The notes beneath the pieces were generated by a model. The model did not search any database. It was not told the DNA's origin and worked only from the letters and a program-made list of their open reading frames with translations. Both the position numbers and the translations under genes were made by a program. 64,000 nt of DNA, from the NCBI GenBank assembly GCA_903847935.1, contig CAINEX010000108.1, positions 514 through 64,513 on the forward strand, written 5' to 3'. Origin of the DNA: an uncultured Spartobacteria bacterium. GTDB lineage: Bacteria > Verrucomicrobiota > Verrucomicrobiia > Chthoniobacterales > UBA6821. Shown here in pieces: positions 1 through 7,927 of this stretch. Position 1 is the first letter of the stretch. Every line of letters begins with the position of its first letter.

Positions 1-296
1 CGGAGTTTCGTGCGTTTCTGCCCCGAGGTTTTATCCTCCCAACTATCAAGTTGAAGACGACCCTCGATGTAGATCGAACGTCCCTTCTTGCAGTATTCAC
101 CCGCAATTTCTGCCTGCCTGCCCCAGAGGGTCACGTCGACGTAGGTGGTCTCTTCGCGCTTTTCTCCACCATCTGGGGTGAAAACTCGATTAACCGCTAT
201 GCCAAGGTCAGTGACCGCACTGCCCTTCGGGGTGTATTTGATCTCAGGGTCACGAGTCACGTTTCCGATGAGCATCACTTTGTTAAGGTTGGCCAT
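1..296 (-). CDS. ssb: Single-stranded DNA-binding protein, N-terminal OB-fold part (3' end runs off the window)
   Basis: Absent from the ORF track because it has no in-window stop. My translation of the minus strand from ATG 296-294 gives MANLNKVMLIGNVTRDPEIKYTPKGSAVTDLGIAVNRVF...TYVDVTLWGRQAEIAGEYCKKGRSIYIEGRLQLDSWEDK, a classic SSB OB-fold sequence. It lies directly downstream of rpsF, as in the conserved rpsF-ssb-rpsR cluster. Confidence 0.85.
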   Translation of the reverse strand, partial: MANLNKVMLIGNVTRDPEIKYTPKGSAVTDLGIAVNRVFTPDGGEKREETTYVDVTLWGRQAEIAGEYCKKGRSIYIEGRLQLDSWEDKTSGQKRTKL

Positions 297-385
297 GATG
301 GTGTGGGTACTGGGAGTTGGAATAAAAATAAGATGGCTGTCAGATCTCTTCCTAACAGCCTTCAGCCTAAACCGCTAGAGCCTTA

Positions 386-730
386 TTAGGCGGCCTTCGC
401 TGTCTTCTTGGCAGCTTTGCGTGCCTTTCCGACAGCCTTGACAGCGCCTTTGCGGAGATAGTTTTGCAACACAACCTCCTCATCAAGTGTCAATTTGGTG
501 CGAATCTTGGCAATGGCTGCAGGTTCAGCTGTGACGATATAGTTCACAAAGTAAGCACTCTTGAGCTTGTCGTGCGGGTAGGAGAACTCACGGCGCTCCA
601 GGCGTTGCACTTGCTCCACACTGGCGCCTTCGGCTGCGAGCGTCTTTTCGAGGCGCTCGATGAGGTCCTTGTTGGTTTCTTCTTTCCCGGCCACGTTAAG
701 CGCAAGGAGGATTTCGTATCTGTTTTTCAT
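386..730 (-). CDS. rpsF: 30S ribosomal protein bS6
   Basis: 114-aa ORF (MKNRYEILLALN...REFSYP...YFVNY) typical of bS6, with a K/A-rich tail. Its ATG overlaps the pth stop (ATGA at 727-730). Confidence 0.9.
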   Translation of the reverse strand: MKNRYEILLALNVAGKEETNKDLIERLEKTLAAEGASVEQVQRLERREFSYPHDKLKSAYFVNYIVTAEPAAIAKIRTKLTLDEEVVLQNYLRKGAVKAVGKARKAAKKTAKAA

Positions 731-1428
731 GGTTGTTTTTCTGTGTTGTCTGCAGTTTTAGCAGAAGAGGGTGCTGCATTGTAAAGATTCATCGCGCAGG
801 GCAGTCCTTTGCGGAGGACGCAGAGTGTTGCTTCAGCAGCCCGGTTCACTGCTTCAGAAGCAGCTGATTGCTCTTCGGGAAGAAAGCGAGAGAGTACGTG
901 ACTGGAGAGATCCCCGGCAGTGGCTCCACCGATGCCGACCCTGAGGCGAGGCACCTGTTCGGTGGCAAAGTGCATGAGCACCGATTCCAGCCCCTTCTGT
1001 CCGCCTGATCCACCTTCTACCCTCAAACGGAGTGCCCCGAGTGGAAGGGCGATGTCATCAACGATCACGAGCGTAGAGTGGGATGGAATCCTGAAAAACC
1101 GCGCATATTCCACAACAGCCTCGCCACTGAGGTTCATGAAGGTGGTCGGCTTAATCAAGGTCAGACCAGCATCTTCCGTACCGGACGCTCCCTTGGCGAT
1201 GAAGGCTCGCCATTTCGGCTCTTTCACACACTCCACTTGAAGAAGTGAAGCAATGCGATCAATGACCGCGAACCCAATATTGTGACGGCTCCCCTCATAC
1301 TCGCGTCCGGGATTGCCCAATCCGGCCACAAGCCGGATACCTGAGGATGAGGTATCCGGAGTCAAGAAAGGGGACTGGTTGAAAAAGCCCAGGCTATTTC
1401 TTGGCCTTGGAGGCATCAGCCCCCTCAA
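727..1428 (-). CDS. pth: Peptidyl-tRNA hydrolase
   Basis: Has the GLGNPGREYEGSRHNIGF active-site region. The ORF-track start (TTG 1428) overlaps rplY by 35 nt and adds about 30 non-conserved N-terminal residues. The real start is more likely ATG 1416, TTG 1365 or GTG 1329. Confidence 0.9.
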   Translation of the reverse strand: MRGLMPPRPRNSLGFFNQSPFLTPDTSSSGIRLVAGLGNPGREYEGSRHNIGFAVIDRIASLLQVECVKEPKWRAFIAKGASGTEDAGLTLIKPTTFMNLSGEAVVEYARFFRIPSHSTLVIVDDIALPLGALRLRVEGGSGGQKGLESVLMHFATEQVPRLRVGIGGATAGDLSSHVLSRFLPEEQSAASEAVNRAAEATLCVLRKGLPCAMNLYNAAPSSAKTADNTEKQP

Positions 1429-2059
1429 CGGGCTTCTTCTCCTTGATCACCTCAGGACCCTTGGAGGGCTCGGCTCCTGCGACCGGTGCCACCTCCACCT
1501 TGGACTCAGCCACAATGAAGACGGTAAGGTCAGCATCCGTGGTTGCGGAGACACCGGCTGGAAGGATGATGTCACGCACGTGAAGTGACTGGTTGAGTCC
1601 CAATGCACTGACATCGACCCGGATGATCTCAGGAAGATCCTTCGGCAGACACTCGATGGCCAACGAACGAAGACTATGCTCGAGAAGACCACCGAAGTTC
1701 TTGACCCCGTCGGCATCGCCAAATGCCTCGATGGGCACTTCCGTGTGAAGCATTTCATCCATGGCAACTTCTAGGAAATCGACATGGAGGATATCGCCGC
1801 GCACGGGATGGTGCTGGACTTCCTGAATCAGGGAGAGTTTGGTGGCTGCTCCTGCGATATCGAGTTCAACAAGAATGTTCTCACCGATGGCGTGTTTGAG
1901 GACAGCGGCAATCTCACGGGTGTTGATCTCGAGGTTGGCGGGCTGATCCTTATGACCGTAAATCACGGCCGGAACGACCCCACGACTGCGAAGGTGCTTG
2001 ACGGAATTGCGGCCGACATCAGCGCGTGGCCGGGCGGAAAGTTTAACCTGTTTTGCCAT
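1394..2059 (-). CDS. rplY: 50S ribosomal protein bL25, long Ctc form
   Basis: 221 aa with an N-terminal L25 domain (RNSVKHLRSRGVVPAVIYG) and a Ctc-type C-terminal domain. It sits in the conserved prs-ctc-pth arrangement. Confidence 0.9.
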   Translation of the reverse strand: MAKQVKLSARPRADVGRNSVKHLRSRGVVPAVIYGHKDQPANLEINTREIAAVLKHAIGENILVELDIAGAATKLSLIQEVQHHPVRGDILHVDFLEVAMDEMLHTEVPIEAFGDADGVKNFGGLLEHSLRSLAIECLPKDLPEIIRVDVSALGLNQSLHVRDIILPAGVSATTDADLTVFIVAESKVEVAPVAGAEPSKGPEVIKEKKPVEGADASKAKK

Positions 2060-2097
2060 AGAATTAAGAAGTTGGGACGATTATTGCTGGAGTGCGG

Positions 2098-3048
2098 TTA
2101 GTGCTTGAGCTGGAACAGCGAGCTGACCGACTCGCCTCCATGGATGCGGCGGATTCCCTCGCCGAGTAGTTCGGCTATGGAAAGAACCCGCACACGATCA
2201 CCCGATCCTTGTCGGACAGGGACGCTGTCGGTGGTGATGAGCTCTTTGATCTCGGAGCCCTCCAACCGCTGAACCGCCAAATCTGTCAGCACTGCGTGCG
2301 AGACGCCAGCATAAATATCACCTACCCCCATGGTTCGGAGAATTTTAGCGGCGCTAGTCAGTGTTCCAGCCGTCTCGGTAATGTCATCCAAGATCAGGAC
2401 ATTCTTTCCCTCGACCTCACCGATGACATGGAGGGCGTCGACTTCGGTGGCGTTTCGTCGACGCTTCACGACGATGGCCAACCCCGCACCGAGGGCCTCG
2501 GCATAGGAGCTAGCCATCTTGACTCCTCCGACGTCCGGAGAAACCACCACGAGATTTTCAATGTTCTTGCGGCGGATGTAATCGACCATCACCGGGAGGG
2601 CGTAAAGATGGTCGACTGGAATATCAAAGAATCCCTGCAACTGCTGGGCGTGCAGGTCCATGGTGAGAACGCGGTTGACACCGGCAGCGACCAGAATATT
2701 CGCAACCAGTTTCGCCGTAATGGGCACCCGGGGCTGATCCTTGCGGTCCTGTCTGGCATAACCGAAAAAAGGAATGACCGCCGTGATCCTATTGGCACTG
2801 GCCCTGCGTGCGGCATCGACCATGATCAGGAGTTCCATGATATTCTGGTTACTCGGGGGGCATGTCGGCTGAACAATAAAGACATCACGGCCGCGGACAT
2901 TGTCGTTGATTTTCACAAAAGTCTCCCCATCCGGAAACGAGGTGACCGTGGCGTCTCCCAACGGTTGGCCAAGATAATCCGCAATATCCTGTGCTAGCTG
3001 ACGGTGAGCTGAGCCTGTAAAAATCCTAAGTTCGGGTGAGCCGTTCAT
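2098..3048 (-). CDS. prs: Ribose-phosphate pyrophosphokinase (PRPP synthetase)
   Basis: 316 aa with FPDGETFVKI, FGYARQDRK and DLHAQQLQGFF motifs and a PRPP-binding loop (VVSPDVGG). Confidence 0.95.
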   Translation of the reverse strand: MNGSPELRIFTGSAHRQLAQDIADYLGQPLGDATVTSFPDGETFVKINDNVRGRDVFIVQPTCPPSNQNIMELLIMVDAARRASANRITAVIPFFGYARQDRKDQPRVPITAKLVANILVAAGVNRVLTMDLHAQQLQGFFDIPVDHLYALPVMVDYIRRKNIENLVVVSPDVGGVKMASSYAEALGAGLAIVVKRRRNATEVDALHVIGEVEGKNVLILDDITETAGTLTSAAKILRTMGVGDIYAGVSHAVLTDLAVQRLEGSEIKELITTDSVPVRQGSGDRVRVLSIAELLGEGIRRIHGGESVSSLFQLKH

Positions 3049-3300
3049 GAAAGTCCCAATAGGTTACCTTCCAAAAGTCATCCCACGCACGCAGGAAATG
3101 GAAAATCGACTTTTTTTATCAAAATCATCCTTGAGTAATCCCTCTGAAATGAGGACCCAACAGAAGAGGCCGAGTGATCAAGGCAAAGGAACACTTCATT
3201 CCCGATGATTTTAAATCGAGGAGGGGGGATCCAGAACCGCCTAAATCTTTCAGCGCCTCCTCTTGACGCAGTAGGAAGTTGAGCAATAAGAATAAGTGTC

Positions 3301-3927
3301 ATGGTTCATACCTATCCAAGGGTGGTTACAAACTCCCTCGCTTTTATTCTTATCTCCCTCCTGCTTTCCGCGTGCGCTTCTTATGATGGTCGCTTGAATT
3401 CCACCACCACGCAGTATCTGGGCACAGACGGCTCCATTGTCACTAGAACATCGACGTCATCACTCTCCGAACGCGCCTCTTATTGGGCCGGTGATTCGGT
3501 CAATGGGCCCGCAGCTATCGTGATCAAATTGGGTGATCAAAAGCTTTACTATTACAAGGCGGGAAAACTCGTCGGTGTATCCGCTGTTTCCACCGGGAGG
3601 GAGGGGCATGATTCCCCGGTGGGAAAATTCAAGGTTCAATTGAAGGAGAAGGATCATGCCTCGAATCTCTACGGGGACTTTGTTGACGCCAACGGCAAGG
3701 TCATTGTTAAGAACGTCACTTTCAAGGTCGACAAGGCTCCCCCAGGAACGCATTTTCAAGGCTCGTCAATGCCATGGTTCATGCAGTTTGCCCCGGGAGT
3801 CGGCATGCACACCGGATTCCTGCCTGGAGTACCAGACTCTCACGGTTGCATTCGCCTGCCCGACAAGATGGCCAGAATCTTCTTCGCCGTAACCCCGCTC
3901 AAGACTCCAGTCACGGTTGAGAAGTAA
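3301..3927 (+). CDS. L,D-transpeptidase (YkuD domain) lipoprotein
   Basis: Signal peptide with lipobox LSAC near aa 22-25. C-terminal YkuD catalytic motif GMHTG...SHGCIRL. Confidence 0.8.
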   Translation: MVHTYPRVVTNSLAFILISLLLSACASYDGRLNSTTTQYLGTDGSIVTRTSTSSLSERASYWAGDSVNGPAAIVIKLGDQKLYYYKAGKLVGVSAVSTGREGHDSPVGKFKVQLKEKDHASNLYGDFVDANGKVIVKNVTFKVDKAPPGTHFQGSSMPWFMQFAPGVGMHTGFLPGVPDSHGCIRLPDKMARIFFAVTPLKTPVTVEK

Positions 3928-4014
3928 ACTTTTCGGAGCCTTCCTGCTGCCAAGTCATAGAGATTAAGGCCAATGGGACTCCCATGATCTTTGGAATGAA
4001 ATAGAACTCCCACC

Positions 4015-5115
4015 ATGACCTCCTCGCTCCAAACGCCCCGAGAGATGCAAAAAGTTCAGGTCGCTCTCGCTACACGCCCCTACGAAGTCCTTATAGGTAA
4101 TCATCTCCTCCCGATTGTCGGAGAATATTCCAGGTCCGTCATCACCCCTTGCCGCTGTGCCGTAATCACTGATGACAACGTAGCGCCGCTTCACTCCGGA
4201 GTACTCATGGAGTCGCTCAAGCGTGCTGGCTTTGATCCTCATCTGGTTGTGATTCCATCGGGAGAGCAATCGAAGTCGATGCTCTCCGCATCGGATCTTT
4301 GCGACCGGTTGATAGGATTGGGGATCGATCGCAAGGGGGCGATCTTCTCACTTGGGGGTGGTGTGATCGGGGATCTAGCGGGTTTTGTCGCCTCGGTCTT
4401 CTACCGCGGTATTCCCGTGATTCAGATCCCCACCACGGTGGTCTCCCAGATCGACAGTTCTGTTGGCGGGAAGACCGGGGTGAATAGTCACTTGGGCAAA
4501 AATCTGATCGGCTCGTTCCACCAACCCCTCCTTGTGATCGCGGATACGGCAACGCTTTCCTCCCTTCCGGAGAGGATCTTCAGGGAGGGACTTGCAGAGG
4601 CCATCAAACATGGGGTGATCGCCGATGCAACGCTCCTTGCAATGCTTCCTCCGGAGAGCAATCAGGACCTAACCCCGTTGATCGCGAGGAATGTCGCCAT
4701 CAAGGCCACCATTGTGGAGGCGGATGAATTTGAAACCAAGGGCATGCGAGCCCTACTCAATTTCGGTCACACCATCGGACATGCCGTGGAGTCGGTGGCA
4801 GGGTACGGTGTTCTCTCCCATGGGGAAGCAGTTGCGATCGGCATGATTGCCGCTCTTGACCTCTCGGTCCGATTGGCAGGACTTCCCAGTGTGCAGGCGG
4901 ATCAGGTTCGTGAAACAATCAGAACTTGCGAACTCCCTGAAAAACTCCCGGAATCACTGTCAACGGAGTCACTTCTGGCAGCCCTTCAACGTGACAAGAA
5001 ATTTGACCGGGGGGCCGTTCGCTTTGTCCTGACGGCTCAACTAGGTTCGGCTATGGTCAGTGACAGGGTGACGACTCAGGATATCACGCAGGCCATTGAT
5101 CGACTCCGTTCCTAG
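4015..5115 (+). CDS. aroB: 3-dehydroquinate synthase
   Basis: 366 aa with a GGGVIGDLAGF nucleotide-binding motif and LNFGHTIGHA metal-binding histidines. Confidence 0.9.
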   Translation: MTSSLQTPREMQKVQVALATRPYEVLIGNHLLPIVGEYSRSVITPCRCAVITDDNVAPLHSGVLMESLKRAGFDPHLVVIPSGEQSKSMLSASDLCDRLIGLGIDRKGAIFSLGGGVIGDLAGFVASVFYRGIPVIQIPTTVVSQIDSSVGGKTGVNSHLGKNLIGSFHQPLLVIADTATLSSLPERIFREGLAEAIKHGVIADATLLAMLPPESNQDLTPLIARNVAIKATIVEADEFETKGMRALLNFGHTIGHAVESVAGYGVLSHGEAVAIGMIAALDLSVRLAGLPSVQADQVRETIRTCELPEKLPESLSTESLLAALQRDKKFDRGAVRFVLTAQLGSAMVSDRVTTQDITQAIDRLRS

Positions 5116-5117
5116 AG

Positions 5118-5144
5118 AAAAGGAGGCTGCTTGCAGCCCCTTCC
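5118..5144. terminator. Candidate bidirectional hairpin between convergent aroB and rho
   Basis: aaaGGaGGCTG-cttg-CAGCCCCtt forms a 9-bp stem with one bulged A and a 4-nt loop. The A-run on one side and T/C-run on the other give a TTTTCTCT tail on the rho strand. It lies 7 nt after the aroB stop and about 30 nt after the rho stop. Confidence 0.45.
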
Positions 5145-5169
5145 ATGAAACCTCATCAAGAGAAGACTT

Positions 5170-6606
5170 TTAACCGGGGATGTTTTTGAGCAGTTCGGCA
5201 TTGGTGGGATAGCGCCGAATGAAGAAGAGAAGCCTCTCAATGGCCTCGATTGGCTTGTGACCAGCCAAGCCCCGCCGAATGACGTTGATCTTGTGCATTT
5301 CTTCCGGCGATAGGATGAGTTCCTCGCGCCGGGTGCCAGAAAGGAAGATGTCGACCGCAGGGTAGATGCGCTGCTCGCTGATTTTGCGGTCTAGGACGAG
5401 CTCCATGTTGCCGGTTCCCTTGAATTCCTGGAAAATAAGATCGTCCATGCGACTGTTCGTCTCGATCAATGCTGTCGCCATGATCGTTAAAGAGCCAGCC
5501 TCCTCGGTATTGCGAGCGGCGGCAAAAAGCTTCCGGGGAATCTCCATTGCTCGGGAATCCATACCACCGCTCATGGTGCGTCCGCCACCACCCATCGCAT
5601 TGTTGAAGGCGCGACCAATACGGGTAAGCGAGTCCATGAGGACGAAGACATCCTTGCCCTGTTCGACAAGGCGCTTGGCGCGGTCAACCGCGATCTGAGC
5701 AATGCGTGTGTGGCTTCTTAGATCACTGTCGTTGGAACTCGCATAGAGCTCTGCCTGCGGGACCGTGCGACGGATCTCGGTAACCTCCTCAGGACGCTCG
5801 TCCACGAGCAGGATGATGAGTTTCACTTCGGGGTGATTCTTGACCACGGCATCGGCAATATGCTGGAGCAGGGTGGTCTTGCCAGTGCGGGGAGGCGCCA
5901 CAATAAGGCCCCTCTGTCCCTTGCCCACGGGAGTCATGAGATCAATCACGCGGGTGGTAAAACGTTCGGGCGTTGTCTCCAACCTGATGCGTTTGTTGGG
6001 ACTAATCGTCGTGAGTTCCTCAAAGAGTGGAATGTTCACATACTTTTCGGGATCAGCCCCTTCAATTTCAGTGGCACGGAACAGCTGAACACCGCGCGGA
6101 CCACGCCGGGTCTCCCCTTTGATGAGCACGCCGTCGCGAAGGTTGTGCTGACGGATCACCTCGGGTGTAATGAAAATGTCGTTTTGAGTGGCCGCGTAGG
6201 CACGCTTGGCTTCCCGAAGGAATCCGAACCCTTTCCCAGAGAGTTCTACGATTCCCTCCGCGAAAGTCGGCTCAGGTGGCGGTCCATCTTGGCGGACGGC
6301 ATCGCCCTCCACGGGAGTCGAGCCGGCAAAATCATCACCCCCGTTCCCCTGATCGCCACGCGGAGCTTGGTTTCTTCCATCATTGAAACCACGATCGTCA
6401 CCCCGATTATTCCTGAACGGCCTGCGACCGCGGGGGTTGCGACCGCCTCCGCGACGGGGGCGGTTAAATTGCCGTTCCCCTTGTCCGGCAGGATCGACGG
6501 AGGGTTGGTCTGCAGATTCGGGAGTTATTGCTGCCGTGGTGCTCTCTTTCTGTGGAGATCCCGATTGGGATGATTGTGAATGTTGATTCTGTGGTTCTTC
6601 GCTCAT
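5170..6606 (-). CDS. rho: Transcription termination factor Rho with an N-terminal RGG/N/Q-rich disordered extension
   Basis: The core aligns to E. coli Rho from the OB-fold onward: GIVELSGKGFGFLR, Walker A APPRTGKT, LLVDERPEEVTE, and KGTGNMEL near the C-terminus. The first ~115 aa are low-complexity. Confidence 0.95.
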   Translation of the reverse strand: MSEEPQNQHSQSSQSGSPQKESTTAAITPESADQPSVDPAGQGERQFNRPRRGGGRNPRGRRPFRNNRGDDRGFNDGRNQAPRGDQGNGGDDFAGSTPVEGDAVRQDGPPPEPTFAEGIVELSGKGFGFLREAKRAYAATQNDIFITPEVIRQHNLRDGVLIKGETRRGPRGVQLFRATEIEGADPEKYVNIPLFEELTTISPNKRIRLETTPERFTTRVIDLMTPVGKGQRGLIVAPPRTGKTTLLQHIADAVVKNHPEVKLIILLVDERPEEVTEIRRTVPQAELYASSNDSDLRSHTRIAQIAVDRAKRLVEQGKDVFVLMDSLTRIGRAFNNAMGGGGRTMSGGMDSRAMEIPRKLFAAARNTEEAGSLTIMATALIETNSRMDDLIFQEFKGTGNMELVLDRKISEQRIYPAVDIFLSGTRREELILSPEEMHKINVIRRGLAGHKPIEAIERLLFFIRRYPTNAELLKNIPG

Positions 6607-7073
6607 TGGAAAAATTGGGTTGGGTACTTCTATAAAGTCTGAATTGTTGGCGGTGGACGCTTGGTAGCTTGAAAGATAGATCTGTCGGTGAAATCCAAAA
6701 GAGGAACCGGAGTTTCGATTCAGGTACGATTTCCTAAAAATTCCCGATGCCCGGATGTACTGGTGTCATAAGGATTGGATTCCCGGAAGGATTCCCTTCT
6801 CATGGTATGAGCGGTCATTTCCCAGGTGATGTCTCGTCGTCCGCAATCGGATTGACCCGTGTCTCAGTATCTCGCACTAAGACGGTAATCTTCTGCGACA
6901 ACAAACGAGTGCGCCTTGGAGTTTTCTGCGTTGGGGTTGTGAAGATTTCGAAAAAACTTCTTTGGCAGATTGTCTTACCCCGGACTTTTTTGGGGAAAGG
7001 GCCTAGAAGACCGAAACTTCGTTTATAGAGAAACAGATGGCCGGCAGGTGTCAACGCCTTTTTACAATGCCCT

Positions 7074-7754
7074 CTAAAACCGCCATTCTTCACCGGGTTT
7101 GAGCAGGTGCAGATGGAGTCCCTTTTTAAGAAAAGACTCTTTGGCCGCATCATGATCAATGGCAATCAACGGAAAGGTGTCGTAGTGGACGCCCAGAATG
7201 TCCTCGCAATCAAGCCACTCCGCGGCAACAAGCGCCTCTTCCACACCCATCGTAAAATTCCCTCCCAAGCAAAGAGCTCCAAACTTGAGCGGTGAAGAGC
7301 TTTTAATCAGCTTGATGTCGTGGGTCAGGGCCGTATCGCCGCTGTAATAAAAGGCTCCTTCCATGGTCTCTACGAGGAATCCTCCCGCCAGTCCGCCATA
7401 AGACCCGTCCGGCATGCTGCTGGAATGAACAGCCTTTGTAAAAGTGACTTTTCCGAAATCAAAGTTCCATGATCCGCCTGAGTTCATGGGATGGACTTTT
7501 TTTAACCCCTTTGTGCCGAACCACTGGATTACCTCGTAATTGCCGATGACGGTTGCTCCACTTGTCAGGGCAATCGTTTCAACATCAGCAACATGATCAA
7601 AATGCCCGTGCGAGAGGAGGATGTAATCAGGGTGCAGTGATCCGATATCGATGTTGGAAGCGAGTGGGTTCGGAGTAATAAAAGGGTCGAAGAGGAGTGA
7701 CTTCCCACAGACGTTGACGGAAAAGCAGGCGTGGCCATGACTGGTGATCTTCAT
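7074..7754 (-). CDS. UPF0173-family metal-dependent hydrolase (MBL fold)
   Basis: MKITSHGHACF...LFDPFITPNP...LLSHGHFDHV is collinear with Bacillus YtkL-type UPF0173 proteins. I place the start at Met13 of the track ORF (7074..7790) because homologs begin MK(I/V)T.HGH. Confidence 0.8.
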   Translation of the reverse strand: MKITSHGHACFSVNVCGKSLLFDPFITPNPLASNIDIGSLHPDYILLSHGHFDHVADVETIALTSGATVIGNYEVIQWFGTKGLKKVHPMNSGGSWNFDFGKVTFTKAVHSSSMPDGSYGGLAGGFLVETMEGAFYYSGDTALTHDIKLIKSSSPLKFGALCLGGNFTMGVEEALVAAEWLDCEDILGVHYDTFPLIAIDHDAAKESFLKKGLHLHLLKPGEEWRF

Positions 7755-7927
7755 ACGTTGATTCTGTGATGAATCTTGCAGGAACGCCAAGAGCTAAGGA
7801 GAAACTTCACTTGCGAAGAGAGCTATCGCTTGCACCATAGACCTCCCAGACTCAGGCTTGTCCCGAAGCCGAAGGATGGAATTTCCATTATATTTTCAAT
7901 CTGTCCAACTCCGATCCCTTCAAACCG

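Noticed and set aside
51-389. 112-aa plus-strand ORF at the start of the window
   Set aside because: It lies antisense to a clear SSB coding sequence (minus strand, ATG at 296) and resembles no family.
3078-3302. 74-aa ORF in the prs / L,D-transpeptidase divergent spacer
   Set aside because: It has no homology signal and lies in a region better explained as a divergent promoter spacer.
6755-6805. SRP (4.5S) RNA-like strings: GCCCGGATGTACTGG and CCCGGAAGGATTCCC
   Set aside because: The two blocks are in the wrong order relative to 4.5S RNA. The conserved AGCA of the symmetric loop is missing, and the GGAA loop is closed by only two base pairs.
6747-7165. 93-aa and 116-aa ORFs in the rho leader region
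   Set aside because: They have no recognisable domains and an odd composition. One overlaps the 3' end of the UPF0173 hydrolase on the same strand but in a different frame. I treat them as non-coding leader.
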